64,000 bases of DNA from an uncultured archaeon (GTDB lineage: Archaea; Nanobdellota; Nanobdellia; Pacearchaeales; GW2011-AR1), in NCBI GenBank assembly GCA_902385655.1, contig CABMGO010000003.1:112456-176455 (forward strand), written 5' to 3'. Positions 26,795 through 35,058 of the stretch are shown here, in pieces. Made by a program: the position numbers and the translations under genes. Numbering within the stretch: the stretch's first letter is position 1; each line of letters opens with the position of its first letter. Under the pieces are notes generated by a model. It did no database searches and was not told the DNA's origin. It saw only the letters and a list, made by a program, of their open reading frames with translations.

Positions 26795-27397
26795 TTATCG
26801 TTGTAAAACTTGTCTGTGGGGTGTTGTATTCTTTTCGTGAGAAGCGTTTGTTGTGTGTTTCTTTGCTTTTGCTTCTGCTTTATTTTCCTTTAATCCTGCT
26901 TCAATAACTGCTTTTTCTTTTTCAACTTCGTCTTTTTTATCTTCTTGATTGTTTGATTCTACATGATCATGCTCAGCGTCATGCTTTAAATTTGTTTTAA
27001 CAACTCTGTTTGCTCTGTTTTCATCTTTTTGTTTTTGGAATTTTACATAAGCAGGAAGTTCAGCTAATTCAACATAAACAACACCAGCTATTTTCTTTGC
27101 TTTTACTTTTACTTTGCTGATTGGATTTTTGATTCCTCTGTACCATAATTCTTGATTAAGGTACTTGTCAAGCTTTACTAATCTTGTGTCTCTGTTTGCA
27201 ACATGCATGTGTTTTGCGATGAATTCTTTCAAAACCTTTACTGCTTTTCTTGCTCTTTTGTACTCAACAGCAACTAAGATTTTCTCCTTAAGTGGAACGA
27301 TATATTCTCTTTCAAGTTCTACTTTTTTCCCCAAGGGATGACTCTGCTGAGCCTCAGTCTTAACTTCAGTTTTTGGTTGGGTTTTTTCGTCTGCCAT
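26795..27397 (-). CDS. rpl31e: 50S ribosomal protein L31e with long N- and C-terminal extensions
   Basis: EREYIVPLKE...EYKRARKAVKVLKEFIAKHM...VKLDKYLNQELWYRGIKNPISKVKVKA. 200 aa total. Confidence 0.85.
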   Translation of the reverse strand: MADEKTQPKTEVKTEAQQSHPLGKKVELEREYIVPLKEKILVAVEYKRARKAVKVLKEFIAKHMHVANRDTRLVKLDKYLNQELWYRGIKNPISKVKVKAKKIAGVVYVELAELPAYVKFQKQKDENRANRVVKTNLKHDAEHDHVESNNQEDKKDEVEKEKAVIEAGLKENKAEAKAKKHTTNASHEKNTTPHRQVLQR

Positions 27398-27401
27398 GTT
27401 A

Positions 27402-27611
27402 TTATCCTAAGAAGTTCTTTACCAATCTTCTTGGTTTTATCTTTAATTTTCTTGTTCTCCAGTTTCTTTTAACGTGAGTGATTGCAGATGGATGGACTCT
27501 TTTGCCCTTTCCTTCCTTTTTCATAACAGCCCAAAATGGAGCCCATTTTGTTCTTCTTCCCCATACATCTAAATGAGATTTCTTTGATTTTTGATTATGT
27601 TTCATTACCAT
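27402..27611 (-). CDS. rpl39e: 50S ribosomal protein L39e
   Basis: Basic 69-aa protein with RRTKWAPFWAVMK...HVKRNWRTRKLKI. Confidence 0.8.
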   Translation of the reverse strand: MVMKHNQKSKKSHLDVWGRRTKWAPFWAVMKKEGKGKRVHPSAITHVKRNWRTRKLKIKPRRLVKNFLG

Positions 27612-27612
27612 T

Positions 27613-28125
27613 TTATTCTTCCTGTTCCTCGTTTATTTCTGGCATTTCCAGTTCTGGTTCAGCCTGTCTTGGTTTAGAAGTATATTCGTTTAAACCGATT
27701 GTTTTTACTTCTTCAACTTTGATTGCGTCTAAGAAATCTCTTCCTTTCTTTGTTAATCTTCTTCCGAATTGAGAACCAGTTATTTTTTCTACAAGTCCAG
27801 CTTTTTCAGCTTGCTGTAACATAACTCTTAACATTTTACCGGATGATTTTTTGAATCTTGCAGGTTTTACTCCTCTGTTTTTTCTTCCGCCGTATCTTGT
27901 TCTTAATCTTTCAACACCAACTACGCCTTGAATATATAATTGTCTTAAAATAGAAGCTGTTCTCGTGTACCAGAAATCTGCTTCTTCAGGAACTCTTTGT
28001 TTTGAAACTCCAGTTTTTACGTAGAAAGACCATTCTGGAGCTTTTATTTCAGGAATGCCTTTTAGAGCTTCTGCTAAAGCAACGTTAAATGCTTGTGGCT
28101 CTTTTGAAAATATTGTTTTTGCCAT
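27613..28125 (-). CDS. rps19e: 30S ribosomal protein S19e with acidic C-terminal tail
   Basis: APEWSFYVKTGVSKQRVPEEADFWYTRTASILRQLYIQG...RYGGRKNRGVKPARF...QQAEKAGLVE. ATG at 28125 preferred. Confidence 0.9.
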   Translation of the reverse strand: MAKTIFSKEPQAFNVALAEALKGIPEIKAPEWSFYVKTGVSKQRVPEEADFWYTRTASILRQLYIQGVVGVERLRTRYGGRKNRGVKPARFKKSSGKMLRVMLQQAEKAGLVEKITGSQFGRRLTKKGRDFLDAIKVEEVKTIGLNEYTSKPRQAEPELEMPEINEEQEE

Positions 28126-28218
28126 TATTTTAAGTGTGCTCGTTGTGAAACGATAAATTGTCAACTTCTTTCGAAGGACTTGGACACAATAATGTGTTAG
28201 TTTGAGGGTTTATAAATG

Positions 28219-28482
28219 TTATTCTCTAACTTCCCTTCTGAATTTTTGAACTGTAGCAACGTAACCGACTAATCTTGCTGTGAAGTTTTTTCCCAAGGCA
28301 TCAAGAAGTTTGTTTACCATTTCTTCTGCTTCTTTTTTGTCTCGACATGCAGATTTCAAGATAGAAATTTTTATAATTTTTTCTGTTTCAAAGAGTCTTT
28401 TTGCTTGACCTATGAAACCTTCAGTAAGTCCATTCTTTCCTATTTGTAATTGAAGTATTTCTGATCTGTGTTTTATTGCCAT
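28219..28482 (-). CDS. YhbY-like CRM-domain RNA-binding protein
   Basis: LQIGKNGLTEGFIGQAKRLFETEKIIKISILKS pattern. Confidence 0.7.
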   Translation of the reverse strand: MAIKHRSEILQLQIGKNGLTEGFIGQAKRLFETEKIIKISILKSACRDKKEAEEMVNKLLDALGKNFTARLVGYVATVQKFRREVRE

Positions 28483-28527
28483 ATTCTACTTTAACGAATT
28501 TAGTATATAAATGTATCAAACTGCGTG

Positions 28528-28592
28528 TATACTCTAGCCCCGTATGTTTTCTTTCTACCTCCTCCATCCTCCAGAGTCCTTCCCACAAAAAA
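28528..28592 (+). repeat. Degenerate copy (F) of the dispersed repeat family
   Basis: tatactctagccccgtatg...gagtccttcccacaaaaaa aligns with copy E (tatactctcgtcctgcat...gagtccttctatgcagaaggaaaaa) and A1 (ctctagccctgcatg). The hairpin is lost. A second possible remnant begins at cacctgcat, about 28655. Confidence 0.45.
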
Positions 28593-28746
28593 TTTTGCAT
28601 TTCTAATTTTTATTTTTGTTGCTTCGCATATACTTTGAAAAGTGAAATTTTTTCACCTGCATATGAACAAACCAATTCTTGGAGACATTCTTGCATAACG
28701 CCCATGCTGAAGGAATGTTTATAATCTTGAATAATGTTTAGATACT

Positions 28747-29700
28747 ATGTTGGAAAGAAAGAAGGTAGGTCTTGCACTTGGGGGTGGCGGTGCGAGAGGA
28801 ATTGCGCATATTGGAGTTCTGAAGGCTTTAGAAAAACATAAAATTCCGATAGATTTTATTTCGGGAACTAGTATCGGTGCTTTGATTGGAGCAATGTACT
28901 CTGCTCAACCAAATGCTAAGAAGTTAGAGAAAGAAATTCTTGAAACTAAGTGGCAAGATTTGTTTGATTATAAAATCCCTAGCGATGGTCTCATAAAAGG
29001 AATGAAGATAGAAAAGTTTCTTGAAGAAAAATTGGACAAATTAAAATTTAATCAATTGAAGATTCCTCTTTTTGTGACTTCCTATGATCTCGAGAAAAAG
29101 CAAGAAGTTATATTTCAAAAGGGAGATGTTGCTGCCGCAATTAGAGCAAGTATATCTATCCCCGGGATATTTGTACCTGCGGAGAACAGTGGGCGTTTGT
29201 TAGTGGATGGAGGGATTGTGGACTTAATTCCTGTGGAAATATTAAGAAAGAAAGGTGCAGAAAGTATTATTGCAGTAAACGCAGATTATATCCGAGAGAA
29301 AAAACCAATATTGGGACAAAATTCTGTTCCTAGTTATGGAAAGAGAAAAATTCCAGGAATAATTCATACACTTACTAAGTCTTTACAAGTAATTGAGGCT
29401 GAAGCTTCGAAAACCGAGTTGAGTATAAGCAGACCAGATCTACTCATAAATCTAAACTTAGAAGAAATTCCGACTCTGGACTTTTCTAACATGAAAAAAT
29501 TGATTAGGAAAGGAGAATTAGCGACCAACAGAACTATAAAACAGTTGAAGAAACTTACAAACCCGAATCCGATAAAAGAAATTTTAGAAGGAATAAGTTC
29601 AATTCCACTTGTTAAAGGAGTTGAGAAAAATATTGGTAAAGTTGCGGAAGATATCAGAGAGCTTGCGGTTGGAAAAAGCTCACCAGCCGATAAAAGTTAA
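28747..29700 (+). CDS. Patatin-like phospholipase
   Basis: GLALGGGGARGIAHIGVL (oxyanion GGGxRG), GTSIGA (GxSxG), VDGG (catalytic Asp). Confidence 0.85.
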   Translation: MLERKKVGLALGGGGARGIAHIGVLKALEKHKIPIDFISGTSIGALIGAMYSAQPNAKKLEKEILETKWQDLFDYKIPSDGLIKGMKIEKFLEEKLDKLKFNQLKIPLFVTSYDLEKKQEVIFQKGDVAAAIRASISIPGIFVPAENSGRLLVDGGIVDLIPVEILRKKGAESIIAVNADYIREKKPILGQNSVPSYGKRKIPGIIHTLTKSLQVIEAEASKTELSISRPDLLINLNLEEIPTLDFSNMKKLIRKGELATNRTIKQLKKLTNPNPIKEILEGISSIPLVKGVEKNIGKVAEDIRELAVGKSSPADKS

Positions 29701-29707
29701 GGAAGAA

Positions 29708-30121
29708 TCACTCCTGTCCTGCATTTTTACCAAGCTCGTGAGTTGTTCCCTGCGGAACAAAATTCAAAATATCTTGTTTTTTTACTTTTATTTCTTTAAA
29801 TTTTTTTACGCCAAAAGTCCCAGTTTTCATATCTTTGTCTTTTTTCACGTCATTGCTTAAGAAGTAATGAACCAAAACATCTTTTTTATTGTCTCTCCAA
29901 TCTTGAGAATGTTTTGCGCACATAACAGCCGCTTCGTAAAGTTCTTTTTCTGAAACTTCTACAGAATTTGATTTTATATTAGCAAACGGACTTCCAGGTT
30001 TTGAAGTGTGTAAAAGAATTTCCCCATTTTTTGCTTGTCCAATTAACTCTTCATTTGTTTCCGCAGATTTTCCTAGGAAAACTTGTTTCCCAGTTGTTGT
30101 TAAATATTTACGTAGGCTCAT
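29708..30121 (-). CDS. DUF814 / NFACT-R-like RNA-binding domain protein
   Basis: VFLGKSAETNEELIGQAKNGEILLHTSKPGSPFANIK. The last ~17 codons are encoded by repeat copy D. Confidence 0.6.
   Translation of the reverse strand: MSLRKYLTTTGKQVFLGKSAETNEELIGQAKNGEILLHTSKPGSPFANIKSNSVEVSEKELYEAAVMCAKHSQDWRDNKKDVLVHYFLSNDVKKDKDMKTGTFGVKKFKEIKVKKQDILNFVPQGTTHELGKNAGQE
29709..29760 (+). repeat. Copy D of the dispersed repeat family, overlapping the 3' end of the DUF814 gene
   Basis: cactcctgtCCTGCATttttaccaagctcgtgagttGTTCCctgcGGAACaa. Closest to copy E at 53161-53218. Confidence 0.7.
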
Positions 30122-30957
30122 CCTATTTTCTTTAATTCCTCAAGCCTTTTATTTGCATCGATTGACTGGGAGAAGATTTTCCAAAATATTTTTGAGAGCC
30201 ATTCTGTCCAATCTTTATCTTTTATTGTGTAGAAAATAAATATCTTCTTGTCAAGTTCGTGTGTTCTACCTGTGGGCTCTTTTATCTCTTTTATTCTGAA
30301 TAGTTTTCCATCAACAATAAATGCCCTTATTGGATGCTCTTTGTGGTGAATTTCAATTAATTCTTTTCCGTTTTTAAAATTGAGAGCCAATATTTTCTCA
30401 ATATTTTCTCTGCCAGCCAAGTCTACTCTACAAACAATTTTTATGCTGATTCCTTTTTTTACAAGTTTGTCTAGAACTTCTAACAGGTCATATTTTTTAT
30501 TTTTTAAATTTGTAAAAGATAAATTTCCTGAGAAAATTAATATTTGTTTTTCTGCACTTGATAAGAATTTAGCCAGATTTTCAATGTCCGTATCCTCTTC
30601 TTTTATTGCTTTTTGAATTTCTGCAGATTTCGATTTGTCTGGAACATGTTGAAATATATCAAAAGCGGAAAAATCTTCTTTTCTTCTTGCACGCATTATA
30701 TCTTCTTCTAGTTTTTCTTGGAAAATACTGGAAGAAATCTTTTCAACACTTGACCAGAAGACAATTTTCAAAGCCCCCCTAGTGCCTTCTCTAAAAACTC
30801 TTGTTGAAACTGTTCCGTAATCTTTTTGGATTTCATCTATATATCTGTCTGCAGTTCTCCAGCTTATATCTAAATGTTCAGCAATTTCTTGAATAGAACG
30901 AGGTTTAGAATAGATAAAATCTTCAATTTTTTTTATTTCTACGTTGTTCAGTACCAT
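30118..30957 (-). CDS. HTH transcriptional regulator with PLD-like/TrmB-C-like C-terminal domain (tentative)
   Basis: N-terminal KPRSIQEIAEHLDISWRTADRYIDEIQ (HTH). The C-terminal domain contains HHKEHPIRAFIVDGK. Divergent from the 31054 operon. Confidence 0.55.
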   Translation of the reverse strand: MVLNNVEIKKIEDFIYSKPRSIQEIAEHLDISWRTADRYIDEIQKDYGTVSTRVFREGTRGALKIVFWSSVEKISSSIFQEKLEEDIMRARRKEDFSAFDIFQHVPDKSKSAEIQKAIKEEDTDIENLAKFLSSAEKQILIFSGNLSFTNLKNKKYDLLEVLDKLVKKGISIKIVCRVDLAGRENIEKILALNFKNGKELIEIHHKEHPIRAFIVDGKLFRIKEIKEPTGRTHELDKKIFIFYTIKDKDWTEWLSKIFWKIFSQSIDANKRLEELKKIG

Positions 30958-30989
30958 AGTGCTAGTAGGGTTTTATGCTATTTAAGCTT

Positions 30990-31038
30990 TTGCAACACCA
31001 TGGACAAAATTTGTGCAGCAAAATGTATATTGTTGCAA
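30990..31038. promoter_or_regulatory. Inverted repeat TTGCAACA...TGTTGCAA in the divergent promoter region
   Basis: 8-bp arms at 30990-30997 and 31031-31038, bracketing TGTATAT (TATA-like), about 16 nt before the ATG at 31054. Confidence 0.4.
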
Positions 31039-31053
31039 TGTCTATGAGAGAGT

Positions 31054-31560
31054 ATGAAACAGAAAGAATTACAAAAGCAACTTGAAAGAATTGCAAAGAA
31101 AGTTGAGAAAAAAGAAATTGTAAAAAAGGCTGAGGAAGTTGCTAGAAAGCATGGAGATTACAAATCTGAAGTGTATCCATATCGGATAAAAGTTCACTAT
31201 AGATTTTCTGGAAAAGATTATGTTGGTGGCGAAATTGACATTAAAGGAAGTTCTGGATGGAGTGACTTTGGTGGAGAAGATCAAGAAATTTTTTATAATA
31301 GAAAAAGAGTTTTTTATGTTTCAACCTCTCCTGCATACACAGATTTTGGAACGCCGCAAGTAAAAGAACAACCAAATCAAGTAAAAATGGGCGAACTCTA
31401 TTTGCATGAATACTCGCCGGGACAATGGGAAACTCAGTTGAATAGAATCTATAAAAATGGTCCGAAAAAAGAAAAACCAAAAGTTGTAAAACCTGAAGAA
31501 AGAGAAGTAGAAAAATCTAAGCTGGAAGAATTGGCAGCGAGGTTGCCTTTAAAGATATGA
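31054..31560 (+). CDS. Hypothetical protein, paralog of 32877..33380
   Basis: N-terminal K/E helix then a beta-rich domain. EIDIKGSSGWSDFGG aligns with RIDLGGTSGYDGGYN in the paralog. Confidence 0.6.
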   Translation: MKQKELQKQLERIAKKVEKKEIVKKAEEVARKHGDYKSEVYPYRIKVHYRFSGKDYVGGEIDIKGSSGWSDFGGEDQEIFYNRKRVFYVSTSPAYTDFGTPQVKEQPNQVKMGELYLHEYSPGQWETQLNRIYKNGPKKEKPKVVKPEEREVEKSKLEELAARLPLKI

Positions 31561-32096
31561 TAAAGCGACCGTCCAGAATTGTCTTTACTGGCGGACCGTG
31601 TAGCGGAAAAACAACATTGCTTGAACAACTTGCTCTAAAAGGTTTAACTATTGTTCCTGAAACAGCAAGAATAATTATTGAACAAGAACAGAAAAGAGAT
31701 TCTGAAATTTTACCTTGGAGAAATTTATATGGTTTTCAAGAGGAAGTTGCGAGAGTACAATTAGAACAAGAACATTCTTATGAAGGCAGACATTTATTTT
31801 TAGATAGAGGAGTTGTAGACGGACATGGTTTCTCATTAAATGGGAAAATTCCTACTCCTGAAATAATTATGGATTTTGGAAAGAGCAGATACAATCTTGT
31901 TTTTCTTCTTGATCCTTTGCCAAATTACAAAAATGACTCATCTAGAAAAGAAACTCCTCAAATGGCTAGAAAAATACATGACAGACTTGATGAAGCATAT
32001 AGACATTTTGGATATCAACCAATTAGAATTCCAGTGCTTGGATCTGTAGAAGAAAGGGCAAACTATGCAACTAAATTATTGGAGAGAGTTTTATGA
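31557..32096 (+). CDS. AAA_28-type P-loop NTPase/kinase-like protein
   Basis: Walker A FTGGPCSGKTTLLEQL, then VPETARIIIEQE...LPWRN...FLDRGVVDGHGF, typical of the NadR-C/AAA_28 ATPase family. ATGA overlaps on both sides. Confidence 0.7.
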   Translation: MIKRPSRIVFTGGPCSGKTTLLEQLALKGLTIVPETARIIIEQEQKRDSEILPWRNLYGFQEEVARVQLEQEHSYEGRHLFLDRGVVDGHGFSLNGKIPTPEIIMDFGKSRYNLVFLLDPLPNYKNDSSRKETPQMARKIHDRLDEAYRHFGYQPIRIPVLGSVEERANYATKLLERVL

Positions 32097-32374
32097 GTTG
32101 GGGCGATGCCTTCATTGAAATAGAAGCAGAACGAAAAAGAAAGGAGAGAGCACCGATGGAAAAAAAATTGGAAAGATCATTTCCAAAACTTAACCAATAT
32201 GAAAGACTTTGTGCTTCTTTAAAGACGACTGAACTTCACGGAGATTGTTATGGCACTTGCAATGACGAAGAAAATCGAGGATCTTGCCCAGCATTTAAAC
32301 ACAGTTTAATGGCTAGTTATGTTGAGGTAAATGAGATTCACGAATGCCCTTATAGGAAGGAGAGAAGATCATGA
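32093..32374 (+). CDS. Small Cys/His-rich protein (93 aa)
   Basis: HGDCYGTCNDEENRGSCPAFKH ... HECPY. ATGA overlaps on both sides support translation. Confidence 0.55.
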   Translation: MSWGDAFIEIEAERKRKERAPMEKKLERSFPKLNQYERLCASLKTTELHGDCYGTCNDEENRGSCPAFKHSLMASYVEVNEIHECPYRKERRS

Positions 32375-32880
32375 GTAACGGAAAGGAAGTAGAAGTGAAA
32401 ATTGAAATTGATAGAGAGAAAAAATTTGAACAGATTTATGAGATGATTGGAAGACCAGATTGGACTCTACAAAGAAATTATATTTTTGCATTTTCTGGAA
32501 ACATTCTTCGATTAAGATATGAAGATAGGACTGGAAAAGCCTACTTAACATTCAAAGGAAAAGATATTGGCGAAACTTTTAATTGTAGAGAAGAGAAGGA
32601 GAGCGATATACCTGCGGAGCTGTTTAGAAGTATAGCGAGAAGTCTGTCAAAGAGACCAATACAAGAATTCTCTAATCAACCACATTACTATGAAAAAAGT
32701 CGTGCACAAGCAAACTATGGGAATTGTGTTGTCTGTCTAGATAATTTTTTTGGAACATATTACTGCGAGATTGAAGGCGATGAAAAAAGCATTAAAAAGC
32801 TCATACGAAAATTTGGTCTTGAAGATTTCCCTCGTGAAAAAAGAAGTTATCTTAAAATGTTAATGGAGAAACAAAAATGA
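32371..32880 (+). CDS. CYTH-domain triphosphate tunnel metalloenzyme (CyaB/ThTPase-like)
   Basis: EVEVKIEI (EXEXK), LRLRYE, LTFKGK, CREEKE, YEKSRAQ, VCLDNFFGTYYCEIEGD. Confidence 0.8.
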   Translation: MSNGKEVEVKIEIDREKKFEQIYEMIGRPDWTLQRNYIFAFSGNILRLRYEDRTGKAYLTFKGKDIGETFNCREEKESDIPAELFRSIARSLSKRPIQEFSNQPHYYEKSRAQANYGNCVVCLDNFFGTYYCEIEGDEKSIKKLIRKFGLEDFPREKRSYLKMLMEKQK

Positions 32881-33380
32881 AAAGTCTTGAAGAGTATCTT
32901 AAAAAAAGAGAAGCTGAACTTGAGAAAATAAGAAAAGAAGTCGGACTTTTAAGAAGCGCGAAAATGCCTTTGAAGATCAGAGAGTATTCTAACGGAATTG
33001 GACTAATTTCTGAAGATTATTCTTTGGCAGAAGATTTTGAAATAAAAAAGAGAAGAATAGATCTTGGCGGAACAAGTGGTTATGATGGAGGCTATAATTC
33101 GGGGAGATATGAAAGTTATCCGCGATTTTATTTTAACTTAGAATTTGAAGGACTTGTCGAACCAGTTTATATTGAACATGAAGGATTTGAAAAAGATGAA
33201 AGAATTGTGATTCGTAGTGTTACTGTAACTCATGGCACTAAAGAATATTCTAGTATGAATTCAACAAATGAGAATTTCGTTGATGTGCGAAAAACTTTTA
33301 ATTTTTTTAGAGAAAGAGGAGTGAAACCTGTGCTATTAGATCGTCTTGCAAAGAGAATTAAAGAGGCGGAGGAATTTTGA
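32877..33380 (+). CDS. Hypothetical protein, paralog of 31054..31560
   Basis: Same architecture and shared ID(I/L)xGxSG(W/Y) motif. Confidence 0.6.
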   Translation: MKSLEEYLKKREAELEKIRKEVGLLRSAKMPLKIREYSNGIGLISEDYSLAEDFEIKKRRIDLGGTSGYDGGYNSGRYESYPRFYFNLEFEGLVEPVYIEHEGFEKDERIVIRSVTVTHGTKEYSSMNSTNENFVDVRKTFNFFRERGVKPVLLDRLAKRIKEAEEF

Positions 33381-33388
33381 GGTGAAAA

Positions 33389-34255
33389 GTGGCATGCATT
33401 GAAAAAATTTATAGCGTATCGGCACTAGTTGGTGATGGGAGATGCAATGCCAATTGTGGATTTTGTGCTGGAAAATATTTGAGACCACAAGCAAAACCTA
33501 ATCCTAATTATGAAAAAAATTTAGAGGCTGCAATAAAACTATCTGCGCGTTATGGCGGCTGGTCCCTATCTTTAACTTCTAGTGGTGAGCCAACTTGTGA
33601 CCCGGCTTCTTTGACCAGAGCATTAGACATTTATAAAAAATGTGCGGACCAGGGAGCATATTTTCCAAATGTGAATTTATTTACTAATGGAATTTTATTA
33701 GGTGATGAAGAATTTTGTAAACAATATCTTCCAGGGTGGAAAGAGCGAGGATTGACAAACGTTGCACTTTCAATACATCATCCGGATGAAAAAATGCAAG
33801 CAGAAGCATACGGTCTTCAAAGTTATCCGCAATTTGAAAAAATTGTTGCGAATGTAAGAGAACAGGAATTAGGAGTTAGAGCTACCTTGTTATTAAGAAA
33901 AGATGGAATAGACGACTCAAGTAGTTATGGTTCGGCAATTGAAGATTTAGTTGAGAAAGGAATTGATAATATAACTTCTTGGCCAATTGGAAATCCGGAT
34001 GGAACAAGAAATGAGTTTACTCCTTCCAGACTAGGACTTTTTGGAATTAGAAGATGGTTGCACAAAAATGCTAAACTCTGTCACGGGCATGAGTGGGGCG
34101 GAGGAGTTTATGATTACAAAGGAAATATTTTGAGAATAACAGATTATGTTACGAAACATGATCCGAAAAAAGATTTTGTCAGACAGCTTGTTGTTTTTCA
34201 AGATGGGACTGTTGCTTATTCGTGGATAAAGGAAGGTGCACTATGTATGAAGTAA
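33389..34255 (+). CDS. Radical SAM enzyme, compact (288 aa), paralog 1
   Basis: GDGRCNANCGFCAGK (CX3CX2C), SSGEPTCDP, FTNGILL. GTG start 5 nt after a GAGGTGA Shine-Dalgarno-like sequence. Confidence 0.8.
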   Translation: MACIEKIYSVSALVGDGRCNANCGFCAGKYLRPQAKPNPNYEKNLEAAIKLSARYGGWSLSLTSSGEPTCDPASLTRALDIYKKCADQGAYFPNVNLFTNGILLGDEEFCKQYLPGWKERGLTNVALSIHHPDEKMQAEAYGLQSYPQFEKIVANVREQELGVRATLLLRKDGIDDSSSYGSAIEDLVEKGIDNITSWPIGNPDGTRNEFTPSRLGLFGIRRWLHKNAKLCHGHEWGGGVYDYKGNILRITDYVTKHDPKKDFVRQLVVFQDGTVAYSWIKEGALCMK

Positions 34256-35058
34256 AACCTGAAGAAAAGTTAACAAGTTTATCTATATTAGTGGGCACAG
34301 GAAATTGTAATGCTAATTGTGGATTTTGCGCTGGGAAACCATTAAGAAAATATGCTCCAAAAGCAGATGGACAGTTTGATGAGGCCCTAGTTAGAAAAAC
34401 TCTGGCAGATTGTTTCAAACGAGGAGCAAGTTATCTTTCTTTAAGCAGTTGTGGTGAACCGACGCTATCGCCTCTTTCAGTAACTAAAGTTTTAGGTCTT
34501 GTTCAAGAATGTGCAAATGAAGGAATGAGTTATTCTCCAGTTAATCTTTATTCAAATGGTATTCGAATAGGAGAAGATAAAAAATTCTCTGAAAAGTATT
34601 TGCCACTTTGGAAAAATCTTGGACTTACTACAATGTATATTACAGTTCATGATATCGATGAAGAGAATAATGCAAGAGTTTATGGAGTTAAATCTTATCC
34701 TTCTCTCGAGGATGTTTTTTCGCGAGTTAGAGATGCTGAATTGTCAATTAGGACTAATTTGGTTTTGAGTCGCGGAGCAGTTGATTCTTATGAAAGATTT
34801 ATTGAGGCAATTGATTATTTGCAAAAAATTGGTGCAGATAATATTTCTGCTTGGCCACTGCGTGATGAAACTGATGGAATTGATCTTGCACGTTCTCCGG
34901 ATAAATCTGAATTAGTAAGAATACATGATTTTGTTGAAAGAGATACTAGTGGAAGATTAAGGATGATTTTTGAAGAAAAACCAACACACTATCATTCTGA
35001 AAAGAAATTGACATTATTCCCAGATGGAAGTCTTGCGAGTTCTTGGTGTAATAGATAA
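34243..35058 (+). CDS. Radical SAM enzyme, compact (about 271 aa), paralog 2
   Basis: GTGNCNANCGFCAGK, SCGEPTLSP, YSNGIRI, colinear with paralog 1. ATG at 34243 overlaps the paralog 1 end by 13 nt. Confidence 0.8.
   Translation: MYEVKPEEKLTSLSILVGTGNCNANCGFCAGKPLRKYAPKADGQFDEALVRKTLADCFKRGASYLSLSSCGEPTLSPLSVTKVLGLVQECANEGMSYSPVNLYSNGIRIGEDKKFSEKYLPLWKNLGLTTMYITVHDIDEENNARVYGVKSYPSLEDVFSRVRDAELSIRTNLVLSRGAVDSYERFIEAIDYLQKIGADNISAWPLRDETDGIDLARSPDKSELVRIHDFVERDTSGRLRMIFEEKPTHYHSEKKLTLFPDGSLASSWCNR

Noticed and set aside
28476-28724. 82-aa ORF in the 264-nt spacer before the patatin gene
   Set aside because: It has no motif and overlaps degenerate repeat copies and promoter-like AT-rich sequence. 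It is probably non-coding.
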